Made by a program: the position numbers and the translations under genes. A DNA stretch of 64,000 nt from Myxococcota bacterium (lineage in GTDB: Bacteria; Myxococcota_A; UBA9160; SZUA-336): contig CBDFGR010000002.1 of the NCBI GenBank assembly GCA_965247115.1, forward strand, positions 352,001-416,000. The letters are read 5' to 3'. Numbering within the stretch: position 1 is the first letter of the stretch; the number at the start of each line of letters is the position of its first letter. This document shows positions 27,744 through 37,429 of this stretch, one piece after another. Below the pieces are notes generated by a model. That model worked only from the letters and a program-made list of their open reading frames with translations, was not told where the DNA came from and ran no database searches.

Positions 27744-28489
27744 GGCTTGGCTTCCTCCCCCGCGGCCAGCTCAGCTCCGGCGGCCTCGACCTGGCGCAGG
27801 AAGACCTGCTCGAGTGAGCCCTGCTCGCGCACGACCTCAAGACTGCTGTCCAGGCGCATCCGGCCGTAAACGATGATCATGACGCGCTGGCAGATGGTCT
27901 CGACCTCGGCCAGGAGGTGCGTCGACAAGAGGATGGTTCGCCCCTGCTCGTGACTCAGCGAGCGGATCAGGTCCCGGATCTCCGTGATCTGCACGGGGTC
28001 GAGACCAGAGGTCGGCTCGTCGAGCACGAGCACATCAGGATCGTGGACGATTGCCTGTGCCAGGCCCACGCGCTGGCGGAAACCCTTGGAGAGCGTCCGG
28101 ATCACGCGGCCCGGAACCTCTGCGAGGCCGCAGGACTCGAGCGCATGCTCGACCTTCGCGCCCCGTTCGCGCCGCGGCACGTCGTGCAGCGTGGCTACGT
28201 AGCGGACATAGTCTTCCACGCGCATCTCCGGGTAGAGCGGCGGCGTTTCTGGCAAATACCCGACCGCCCGCTTCGCAGCCATCGACTCGGAGCCGAGGGG
28301 GTGCCCTGCGATCGTCACGCGGCCGGCGCTCGGCGGCATGTAGCCGGTGAGCACACGCATGGCGGTGGTCTTGCCTGCCCCATTCGGGCCGAGGAAGCCG
28401 ACAATCTCTCCCTCGTTGATGTCGAACGAGAGATCCTCCAGCGCGACCAGCGCGCCGTACCGCTTGCTGAGGCCGTCGACCTCGATCAC
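27740..28489 (-). CDS. ABC transporter ATP-binding protein (GldA-like)
   Basis: GTG at 28489 overlaps the tetR stop; GPNGAGKTT, LSKGFRQRVGLAQ, LDEPTSGLDP, STH. Confidence 0.93.
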   Translation of the reverse strand: MIEVDGLSKRYGALVALEDLSFDINEGEIVGFLGPNGAGKTTAMRVLTGYMPPSAGRVTIAGHPLGSESMAAKRAVGYLPETPPLYPEMRVEDYVRYVATLHDVPRRERGAKVEHALESCGLAEVPGRVIRTLSKGFRQRVGLAQAIVHDPDVLVLDEPTSGLDPVQITEIRDLIRSLSHEQGRTILLSTHLLAEVETICQRVMIIVYGRMRLDSSLEVVREQGSLEQVFLRQVEAAGAELAAGEEAKP

Positions 28490-29091
28490 CCCGCACCCAC
28501 TCCGTTCAGAAAGAGGTCTACCACGACGCGGCCGCCTTCCTTCTCGAAGCCATCGGGCGGACGGAACAGCCCGAGCACCTGGCACTGCAGGACCAGCTGG
28601 AGCCCGCCGAGAAAGAGCAACATCAGCAAGGAAGGATGCACCCTGTTCGAGAGCTGGCCCTCGGACTGGCCCTGCTCGATGATTCGAGTCACCACGCCGA
28701 AGGCGCCGGCAATCTGGTCGACGTGGATGGGCTCCAGGAATTTCGACATGTGCGAGAACTCGAGCAACAAGAGCTCCACCACCTGCGGGCGCGTGCGATA
28801 CCCCTCGATGAACACGCCCGCCGCCCGCTCGAGTCGGTCGCGCGCGTCGCGCCCCCGCTTGGAGGCCTCCTCCAACCGCTCGCTCACCTGAGCCCAGCGC
28901 TGCTCGAAGATCGTATTGAGGATCTCTTCCTTGTTCTTGAAGTAGTGGTACACGAGTCCATATGCGATGCCTGCTTCCGTCGCGATGTCCGCGATGCGGG
29001 TCGCGTAGACACCCTTGCGGCTGAACACCTCGAGTGCCGCGTCGAGTATCTGTTCCCGCTTGGCGGATCGCTCGTGCTTTGGCCCGGTCAT
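28486..29091 (-). CDS. TetR/AcrR family transcriptional regulator
   Basis: REQILDAALEVF...G...T.IADIA.EAGIAYGLVYHYFKNKEE. Confidence 0.95.
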   Translation of the reverse strand: MTGPKHERSAKREQILDAALEVFSRKGVYATRIADIATEAGIAYGLVYHYFKNKEEILNTIFEQRWAQVSERLEEASKRGRDARDRLERAAGVFIEGYRTRPQVVELLLLEFSHMSKFLEPIHVDQIAGAFGVVTRIIEQGQSEGQLSNRVHPSLLMLLFLGGLQLVLQCQVLGLFRPPDGFEKEGGRVVVDLFLNGVGAG

Positions 29092-29189
29092 GTGGATGGG
29101 TTGCGGGAGGTCTGACCAATCTAACCATGCACCTCCGCGCGAGCAACCCGCTGCTCCGAGAATGCCTGCGAGTCCGCTACCCTAGCCAG

Positions 29190-30281
29190 GTGCGCGTCGC
29201 GATCGTGATCGAGCGTTTTGGGGCGGAGACCGGCGGGGTCGAGTCCGCCGGACGGCACCTCGTGTCCGAGCTGGCGGCCCGCGACGTCGACGTGACCGTC
29301 TTCTGCCGTGAGGCCGGCGGGCCGGCGCCCGACGGCGTAGCTGTCGAGACCCTTCCCGTGTCGACTCGCTGGCAGCCGCTGCGCCTGAAACGGTTCTCGG
29401 CCAAGGCCTCCGAGGCAACGCGTGGGCGCTTCGATGTCGTGCACGGCCTGTCGCGCACGCGCGAGCAGCACATCTACCGAGTCGGGGGAGGCTGCCACGC
29501 CGCCTACATGGAACGGGTGTACCGGAGCCCCGGACTGCTGCGCGCGCTCTCCCCGCGCCATCGGACGATCCTCGCGATCGAAGAGGCCGTGCTTCGCGAC
29601 GAGGCACAGCTCATCCAGTGCAACGCCCGCTGGGTCAAGAACGAGCTGCGCCGTCGCTATTCGGTCGCCTCCGAGAGGCTCGTCACGATCTACAACGGCG
29701 TCGATGCGGAGCGCTTTCACCCGCGCCAGCAGCTCGCGCACCGCGACAGGATCCGCAGCGAGCTCGGCGTCGCAGGTCCGCTGGCGCTGTTCGTGGGCAC
29801 GGGCTTTGCCCGCAAGGGGTTGGACCTTGGGATTCGCGGACTCGCCGCGAGCGGCGTCGCTGCGGATCTTGCGGTAGCGGGCGCGGGAGATTCCGGCCCG
29901 TTCCGACGACTCGCCGCAGAGCTCGGCGTCTCCGAGCGCGTGCACTTCCTCGGCCCCCGCTCTGACGTCGAGACCCTCTACGCGGCCGCGAACCTGTTCG
30001 TGCTCCCCACGCGCTATGACGCCTTCTCGAACGCCTGCCTGGAGGCCATGGCTTCAGGGCTGCCGGTCGCAACCACGCCGGCAAACGGCGCCTCGGAGCT
30101 GATCGAGCCAGGGACGAACGGACTGCTCTGCGAGGGTGACTTCACTCCGGCCTTTCGCGCGCTCGCAGACACGGAAGCCCTCGAGAAGCTCGGCCTCGAG
30201 GCGCGGCGGTGCGCAGAGCGACTCACGTGGAAGGCGCACACGGACCGGGTCCTCGAGCTCTACGCAAGGGTCGTCACGTGA
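29190..30281 (+). CDS. Glycosyltransferase family 4 (WaaG/RfaG-like LPS core transferase)
   Basis: GTG start MRVAIVIERF...GGVE, IYRVGGG.H, IYNGVD, FVGTGFARKG, LPTRYDAFSNACLEAMASGLPV. Confidence 0.88.
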   Translation: MRVAIVIERFGAETGGVESAGRHLVSELAARDVDVTVFCREAGGPAPDGVAVETLPVSTRWQPLRLKRFSAKASEATRGRFDVVHGLSRTREQHIYRVGGGCHAAYMERVYRSPGLLRALSPRHRTILAIEEAVLRDEAQLIQCNARWVKNELRRRYSVASERLVTIYNGVDAERFHPRQQLAHRDRIRSELGVAGPLALFVGTGFARKGLDLGIRGLAASGVAADLAVAGAGDSGPFRRLAAELGVSERVHFLGPRSDVETLYAAANLFVLPTRYDAFSNACLEAMASGLPVATTPANGASELIEPGTNGLLCEGDFTPAFRALADTEALEKLGLEARRCAERLTWKAHTDRVLELYARVVT

Positions 30282-31567
30282 GTGACGAGCTCTCCGAGCT
30301 GGCGCGCAAGCTGCGCACCGGTGACTCCCCGGCCGGGGCTCTCGTGCTCAAGCGCAGCCCGGTGCGCGTCGTCATCCGCTCCGGAGATCGCCTTCTCAAG
30401 CTGTGGCTGCGCCCGTCCAAGGCGCCCAGGCGCGAGGCTCGAGCCATCCGCCTCGCGGCCGCCAGGGGCCTCCCCGTGCCCGAGCTCCTCGGTGGGGGAG
30501 ACGACTGGGTCGCGACGCGCTGGCTCAACGGTCGTCCCGCGGAGCGCGGCGACATTGACCGGATCCTCCCCGTCGTGGAGCACATGCATGAGCTCGGGGG
30601 GCTGCACGGCGATCTTCACCTCGGGAACATCCTGATCTGCCAGGGCGAGGTGCGCCTGCTCGACCTGCAACGAATGCGCTTCCTCCCGAGCACTCCGGCA
30701 CTCCTGCGCCGACGCGAGCTCGGCTACTTGGCCTACTCGCTCGGTGAGCCCCTGCCGGCGGTCCTGGCGTCGGCGCGCTTCTGGTGCGATCGGCGTGCAC
30801 ACACTCACTGGCGGAGTCGCACCAAGCGGGCACTCAAGGAGAGCTCTGGCTTCACCCCGTTTGAGCGCGCTGGCGTCCGCGGCTTCCGACGCCGGGAGGT
30901 CGACCAGGACCGCCTGCGCGCCGCTCTGGCGGAGCCGAACGGCGGCGAGCTTCTCAAGGACGACCCCCGCACGCGGCTGCTCCGCCACGAGCACTGGATT
31001 CTCAAACAGCACCCGTCGCAGCGCCAGGCGCGCTCCGCCTGGGTCGCGGCGCAGGGCCTCGAGTCGCGCGGAATCCGGACGGCGCGGGCGCTGGCCTGGT
31101 CGGGTCGCTGGCTCGTCATGGAAGACGCCGGCCCGACGCTGTCGGACTGGATCGACGCCGAGTTCGCGCAGACCTGCGGGCGCGCGCACGACGAGCTGGC
31201 ACGTGTGCTGGGCGAGCTGCTCGGTGCGCTTCACCGACGCGGGATCTACCATGCGGACCTCAAGGCAAACAACATCGTCTGGTCTCCAGGCGCGCCCGCC
31301 CGCCTGCTCGACTACGGCCGCGTACTCTTTCGGAAGACACTCTCACACCACAAGAGGGTCAAGAACCTCGCTCAACTCAACGCCGCGCTTCCGGACGCCG
31401 TGCCCGGCGCGCTGCGGGAGGCCGCGCTCGCGCATTACGTCCGGAGCAGTGGCTTCGAGGGCGACATCCACGCGCTGCGGCGTAACGTGATCGCGCTGAG
31501 CTTGCGCCGTCAGCATCGCTGGAGCGGCTGCCCGCGAGAACAGCGGCAACACATCGAGGCGGAATGA
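30278..31567 (+). CDS. Tandem two-domain LPS/sugar kinase (Kdo/WaaP/InaA family)
   Basis: Two catalytic loops, HGDLHLGNIL...LLDL and YHADLKANNIV...LLDY, plus KNLAQLN. GTG overlaps the GT4 stop. Confidence 0.8.
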   Translation: MSDELSELARKLRTGDSPAGALVLKRSPVRVVIRSGDRLLKLWLRPSKAPRREARAIRLAAARGLPVPELLGGGDDWVATRWLNGRPAERGDIDRILPVVEHMHELGGLHGDLHLGNILICQGEVRLLDLQRMRFLPSTPALLRRRELGYLAYSLGEPLPAVLASARFWCDRRAHTHWRSRTKRALKESSGFTPFERAGVRGFRRREVDQDRLRAALAEPNGGELLKDDPRTRLLRHEHWILKQHPSQRQARSAWVAAQGLESRGIRTARALAWSGRWLVMEDAGPTLSDWIDAEFAQTCGRAHDELARVLGELLGALHRRGIYHADLKANNIVWSPGAPARLLDYGRVLFRKTLSHHKRVKNLAQLNAALPDAVPGALREAALAHYVRSSGFEGDIHALRRNVIALSLRRQHRWSGCPREQRQHIEAE

Positions 31568-32328
31568 CACTTCGGTCGATCGAGATAGTGGAGGATCACA
31601 CGGCCCACGGCCGCTGCGACGAGGGGTTCATCACGGTCTCGCGCCTGGTGCTGCGAAACGTCTACGAGGACGGATCGACGTCGGAGCCGTACCCGTGCGA
31701 CATCGCTTCCAGGCCGGGCAGCGACGCAGTCGTCGCCATCCTGTACGAGCTCGGAGCGAACGGCGACGTCCGCGTCATCCTGCGAGAGGGTCCGCGCGCC
31801 CCGATCTACCTGCGAAAGCACAAGCGCTTCGAGCAGCCCGACCCCCGCGAGTACCGCTCCATCGTCGAGGTGGTCGCCGGGCTCCTCGAGCCGGGCGACG
31901 GCTCCGACGAGGACGGCCTGCGCCGGCGCGCGTCGATCGAGGCCCGCGAGGAGGCGGGAGTCGACCGAGCCCCCGAGGGCTTCACTCCCGTCGGCGGCGA
32001 GAGCTTCGCGAGCCCGGGAACTAGCGACGAGAAGGTCTTCTTCTGTGCTGGCCAGGTCCAGGGGGATACGGATGCGCCCCGAGGCGACGGCTCGGTCATG
32101 GAGGAAGCGTCACAGCTCGTGCGCTACGAGCTCGGCCGCGCTATCGAGCTCTGTCGCGCGGGACGAATTCCGGATCTGAAAACCGAAGTGGCCCTGCTGC
32201 GACTGGCGGATCACCTGGGCTACATCCCCCAGCTGGGTTGCTTCCGTCACGAGCTGCCGCCGAGCTTGCAGCAGCGCTACCGACGACTCGGGGTGGCCGC
32301 GGCCGCCGTAGCGGCGGAAGCGCGTTGA
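31564..32328 (+). CDS. Nudix hydrolase (ADP-sugar pyrophosphatase-like)
   Basis: Nudix box EVVAGLLEPG...ASIEAREEAGV, F.SPG.SDE, D.K; ATGA overlap with the kinase. Confidence 0.82.
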   Translation: MTLRSIEIVEDHTAHGRCDEGFITVSRLVLRNVYEDGSTSEPYPCDIASRPGSDAVVAILYELGANGDVRVILREGPRAPIYLRKHKRFEQPDPREYRSIVEVVAGLLEPGDGSDEDGLRRRASIEAREEAGVDRAPEGFTPVGGESFASPGTSDEKVFFCAGQVQGDTDAPRGDGSVMEEASQLVRYELGRAIELCRAGRIPDLKTEVALLRLADHLGYIPQLGCFRHELPPSLQQRYRRLGVAAAAVAAEAR

Positions 32329-33299
32329 GCGGACCTATCGTCGGCGTGATCGGAGCCCGGCGCACGCGTCAGGGACTCGGTCCCTTCGTCGCTCGCGAGC
32401 TCCACGCCGCGGGGGCAGCGGTCGCATGTGTGGTGGGCACGCGCCCCGAGACCGCCCAGGCGGCGCGACGCCAGCTCCGGGACGAGCATCGTATCGACGT
32501 CCGCAGCTACGCGGACGTCGATCACATGCTGAGTCGCGAGCGTCTCGATGCGGTCGCGATCCTCTCCCCCAGCGAGACACACGAGCGCTACCTGGAGCGC
32601 GCGCTCTCCGCCGGACTGCACGTGCTCTGCGAGAAGCCCCTGGTGTGGGGTGTTGCCGACCTCGCGAAACGAGCGACGTCGCTCGTCGATCGCTTTGCAG
32701 ATCGCGGCCTGCTCCTGTGGGAGAACTGCCAGTGGCCCTACACGCTGCCGGCGTTTCGGGAGCTGCACCCGCAGCTCCGACCGGACCCACCTGCGCGCTT
32801 TTCGATGGAGCTGTCTCCGACCTCCAGCGGGAGCCGCATGCTCGGGGACAGCCTCCCCCACCCGCTCAGCATGCTCCAGGCGCTCCTCCCAGAGACCCCC
32901 GGTGAGATCGTCTCCCCCCGTTTCGACGTGGGTCCCGAACGCACCCTGGTCGGGTTCGAGTACCGGGCAGGGAACAGCCACGTCGCGGTCGAGATCGCGC
33001 TCACGCGCACGGCTGAGTTCCCGCGTCCGGCCGCCTACGCCATCGACGGGAGCCGGGCGCGGCGCCGGGTCCGACTTCCGGACTACGAGCAGAGCTTCTC
33101 GGAGGGGGACCGGAGCGTGGCCATCCCGGACCCGCTGCGGGCTCTGATCCGAGCCTTCCTCGGAGAGCTCCAGGACTACCGCGGGGGCGCCCCGGCTCGT
33201 CGGAGCAGCTCGATCGCGGATCGCATGGCCCTGCTCCAGACGCTGGTCACGGCCTTCGAGACCGGCAGCTCGGAGGGCGAACCCCTTCCTGGCTGGTAA
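32325..33299 (+). CDS. Gfo/Idh/MocA family NAD(P)-dependent oxidoreductase
   Basis: TTG overlapping the Nudix stop; VGVIGA, DAVAILSP...H, GLHVLCEKP, D.LPH. Confidence 0.85.
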   Translation: MSGPIVGVIGARRTRQGLGPFVARELHAAGAAVACVVGTRPETAQAARRQLRDEHRIDVRSYADVDHMLSRERLDAVAILSPSETHERYLERALSAGLHVLCEKPLVWGVADLAKRATSLVDRFADRGLLLWENCQWPYTLPAFRELHPQLRPDPPARFSMELSPTSSGSRMLGDSLPHPLSMLQALLPETPGEIVSPRFDVGPERTLVGFEYRAGNSHVAVEIALTRTAEFPRPAAYAIDGSRARRRVRLPDYEQSFSEGDRSVAIPDPLRALIRAFLGELQDYRGGAPARRSSSIADRMALLQTLVTAFETGSSEGEPLPGW

Positions 33300-33380
33300 G
33301 ATCCCGGAATTGGTCTACGCTGATCCGTCGGGCGCGGGCGAGCGGGCGCGCAGGAGCCTCGCGACGGGCTCCATTGAGGG

Positions 33381-34604
33381 GTGATGGTGGCGCACGGGAT
33401 CCACGATTTCACGGCCAAGCTCAGACAACCGGCGCTGGTGCCTCACGTGGAGGCCTATGTGCGCTGGCGCCGGGCGGTGCTGGCGGCGCGCGAGCGGGGC
33501 GAGCCGGAGCCGAGCGCACCCGAGCTCGCGCCGATCTCCATCAACCTGGACCTCACGACCGCCTGCAACTACGCGTGTACGCATTGCATCGACTGGGACA
33601 TCCTGAACACGCGGCACAAGTACAAGGAGGCCGAGCTTCGCGACTCGATGAAGCTCATGGCGGACCGCGGCATGCGCTCCGTCATTCTGATCGGGGGTGG
33701 CGAGCCGACCCTCTACCCGCGGTTCGCCGAGTTCGTCGGCTTCCTGAAAGAACTCGGCCTGCAAGTCTCGATCGTCTCGAACGGCAGCCGCTGCGATCGG
33801 CTGGCCGACGCCGTGGTCCATCTCGACCAGCGCGACTGGATCCGGCTCTCGCTGGATTCGGGGAGCAACGAGCTGTTCGTGAAGATGCACAAGCCCGTGA
33901 ACAAGACGCTCGACCTCGATGCCATCTGCGAGGGTGCCGCTGACATCAAGCGCGCCAATCCATGCGTGCCCGTCGGCTTCTCGTACATCATCGTTTGGAG
34001 TGGCGCGTCTCGCGACGATGAGGAGATCTCTGAGAACATCCACGAGATCGTCCAGGCGACGGAGCGCGCGAAACGCTACGGCTTCGACTACATCTCGCTC
34101 AAGCCGATCCTCGAGCGCGAGGCAGACGGCGCGGAGGTGATGGACCCCGCGAAGGCCAGGACGCAGATCGCGTCCGTCGTGAAGCGGATTCGCCGCGAGG
34201 TCGACCGGGCCAAGGAGCTGGCCGACGACAGCTTCAGTGTCTACGAGAGCATCAACTTGCGCGTGCTCGAGCAGGGCAACTGGAAGGAGTTCACACGCCA
34301 GCCACGTACTTGCCATATGCAGGCCTTGCGCCAGGTGCTGACTCCTACCGGGCTCTACAACTGCCCCGCTCATCGCGGCGTGCCCAAAGCGAACCTCGCG
34401 GGACCCACGGCCTACAAGAGCGAGCGCGACGCCGCGGTCACAGGCGTGGGGCTCGCGAAGGTCCTCGATGACTTCGACGCCAGCCACGAGTGCCGGAACG
34501 TCACCTGCATCTACAACGGCGTGAACTGGTGGCTGGAGAAGCTCGTCGAAGATCCTCGAGAGTCCGTCGGGATCGGCGAGGATCGCGCAGACTTCTTCCT
34601 GTAG
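33381..34604 (+). CDS. Radical SAM enzyme with a C-terminal twitch/SPASM-like Cys cluster
   Basis: CNYACTHC (CxxxCxxC), GGGEPTL, SNG, RLSLDS; four further Cys near the C-terminus (TCHM, NCP, ECR, TCI). Confidence 0.92.
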   Translation: MMVAHGIHDFTAKLRQPALVPHVEAYVRWRRAVLAARERGEPEPSAPELAPISINLDLTTACNYACTHCIDWDILNTRHKYKEAELRDSMKLMADRGMRSVILIGGGEPTLYPRFAEFVGFLKELGLQVSIVSNGSRCDRLADAVVHLDQRDWIRLSLDSGSNELFVKMHKPVNKTLDLDAICEGAADIKRANPCVPVGFSYIIVWSGASRDDEEISENIHEIVQATERAKRYGFDYISLKPILEREADGAEVMDPAKARTQIASVVKRIRREVDRAKELADDSFSVYESINLRVLEQGNWKEFTRQPRTCHMQALRQVLTPTGLYNCPAHRGVPKANLAGPTAYKSERDAAVTGVGLAKVLDDFDASHECRNVTCIYNGVNWWLEKLVEDPRESVGIGEDRADFFL

Positions 34605-34624
34605 GGGCCGTCGGGTCGACAGCG

Positions 34625-35656
34625 GTGCCAAGCACACCCCGAAAGATCCTGGTGCGCGCGCCAAACTGGGTGGGCGACCTCGTGATGGCCTCTCCCGCGC
34701 TGCGCGCGCTACGCGCGGCACACCCCGCAGCAGAGCTGGTGCTCGAAGGTCTCCCCCACCATGCCCAGCTGGGATCCCACCTGCCTGGAGTGGACGCTTT
34801 CCTCGCGGACCGCCATCGCGGCGCAGGGGCGTGGCTGGCTCGCGCGCTACGTCTGCGGCAGGGCGGCTTCGACTGGGCCGTACTCCTGCCAGACTCCGTA
34901 CGGGCCGCGCTCGCTCCCTCTCTCGCACGCATTCCGGTGCGCGCCGGCTACGGCCGCGATCCTGCCCGCCGAGCTCTCCTCACGCTGTCCCTCGACCCTC
35001 CTCGGGACGCCGGCCAGCGCCTCCCGATCTCGATGATCGAGCGCTACCTGCGGATCACAAGAGCACTTGGCTGCGACGACTGCGGCGAAGCTCTCGAGCT
35101 GGCCGTGCCGGATCAGTCGCGCGACGAGCTGGATAACCGGCTGTGGGCGGCGGGCGTCGAGCAGAGCGAAGGTCTGCTCGTCGTGACCCCCGGGGCGAGC
35201 TTTGGCTCGAGCAAGCTCTGGCCCGGCCAGTACTTCGCGCAGGCCTGTGACGAGATCATCCGGCGCCACGGCCTGAGAGCGGTCCTGGCTCCCGGGCCCG
35301 GCGAAGAGCGCATCGCCCGCGAGATTGCGGCCGCGATGCAGAGCCGCCCGCTCGAGCTGTCCGATCCTCCGGCCTCGCTCGGCGAGCTCGTCGCCCTGAT
35401 CGACCGAGCGCAGCTGGTGCTCACAAACGACACGGGCCCCCGACACATTGCGGTGGCACGGAAGCGTCCGGTCGTGGTGCTGATGGGTCCGACCGATACG
35501 CGCCACACCCAGCATCTACTCGAGGGACAGCGGGTCCTGCGCGAAGCCGTGGAGTGCAGCCCTTGCCACAAGAAGACCTGTCCCATCGATCACCGTTGCA
35601 TGACCCGTCTGTTGCCGGCGCGCGTGGTCAACGCGGCCGAGGAGCTCCTCCTGTGA
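34625..35656 (+). CDS. waaF: ADP-heptose:LPS heptosyltransferase II (GT9)
   Basis: KILVRAPNWVGDLVM, PGASFGSSKLWP, TNDTGPRHIA, GPT, CSPCHKKTCPIDH.CM. Confidence 0.88.
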   Translation: MPSTPRKILVRAPNWVGDLVMASPALRALRAAHPAAELVLEGLPHHAQLGSHLPGVDAFLADRHRGAGAWLARALRLRQGGFDWAVLLPDSVRAALAPSLARIPVRAGYGRDPARRALLTLSLDPPRDAGQRLPISMIERYLRITRALGCDDCGEALELAVPDQSRDELDNRLWAAGVEQSEGLLVVTPGASFGSSKLWPGQYFAQACDEIIRRHGLRAVLAPGPGEERIAREIAAAMQSRPLELSDPPASLGELVALIDRAQLVLTNDTGPRHIAVARKRPVVVLMGPTDTRHTQHLLEGQRVLREAVECSPCHKKTCPIDHRCMTRLLPARVVNAAEELLL

Positions 35657-36135
35657 GTGGCAGGATCGTCGCGGACTACCGGGACCTGGCGGAGATCCTG
35701 GCCGCCGAGCGCGCGAAGGGCCGCAGTGTGGCGCTGACGAACGGCTGCTTCGACCTGCTTCATGTCGGTCACACGAGACTCATTGCCGACGCGCGTCAGC
35801 TCGCGGACGTGCTGGTTGTCGCCCTCAATAGCGATGCGAGCGTGCGCCGCCACAAGGGCGAAGGTCGGCCCTACGTCCCCCTCGACGAGCGGATGGAGGT
35901 AATGGCCGCGCTGGACGCCGTCGATCTCGTGACCAGCTTTTCTGAGTCCACGGCGGCGGCCCTCCTCGGCGCGCTGCGGCCTGAGGTACACGTGAAAGGG
36001 TCGGACTGGACCCCGGACACGGTACCCGAGCGCGACGTCGTGCTCGGCTACGGCGGCCGTATCGCCATCTGTGGTGACCCCAAGGAGCATGCCTCGAGCG
36101 AGCTGATCCGACGGCTCGAGGGCTCGGACTCCTGA
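35653..36135 (+). CDS. D-glycero-beta-D-manno-heptose 1-phosphate adenylyltransferase (RfaE domain II / HldC-type)
   Basis: TNGCFDLLHVGH, LNSDASVR..KG..RP, VKG.D, H.SS; GTGA overlap with waaF. Confidence 0.9.
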   Translation: MSGRIVADYRDLAEILAAERAKGRSVALTNGCFDLLHVGHTRLIADARQLADVLVVALNSDASVRRHKGEGRPYVPLDERMEVMAALDAVDLVTSFSESTAAALLGALRPEVHVKGSDWTPDTVPERDVVLGYGGRIAICGDPKEHASSELIRRLEGSDS

Positions 36136-36141
36136 TGAGGA

Positions 36142-36447
36142 CTACGACGTGGTCTTGATCCTGACCCAGAGATAGTAGGAGCTCCCGAGCGAGCCCTTGC
36201 GCCCCTCCTCCAGCTCGAAATCGGGCGCCGACGGACCGCTCGCCAGGATCTCCTGGAACTGTGCGACCTTCTTCGGCAGGTCCGCCTGGTTGGGACTGTG
36301 GAAGATCACGTCGACCTGCGGCTTGCACGCAAGCACGTTCAGGATCAGCGTGGCCAGCGTGAACAGCTTGTGCGGACCCTCGATGCTCTCCACAGAGAAG
36401 GAGGGAGTCGCTACGGTTTCCAGGCCAAAGTTGTACTCGATGCGCAT
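36142..36447 (-). CDS. Hypothetical protein (101 aa)
   Basis: ATG with a GAGGAG..GGAG RBS, GC3-rich codon usage, 13 nt downstream of oppF; no motif recognised. Confidence 0.7.
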   Translation of the reverse strand: MRIEYNFGLETVATPSFSVESIEGPHKLFTLATLILNVLACKPQVDVIFHSPNQADLPKKVAQFQEILASGPSAPDFELEEGRKGSLGSSYYLWVRIKTTS

Positions 36448-36460
36448 GGCTCCTTGCTCC

Positions 36461-37425
<965 letters not shown>

Positions 37426-37429
<4 letters not shown>

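Noticed and set aside
33381..34604. Radical SAM gene as the missing Fo synthase, MoaA or a RiPP maturase
   Set aside because: It lacks recognisable CofG/CofH features and the MoaA C-terminal GG, and no precursor peptide or RRE is adjacent.
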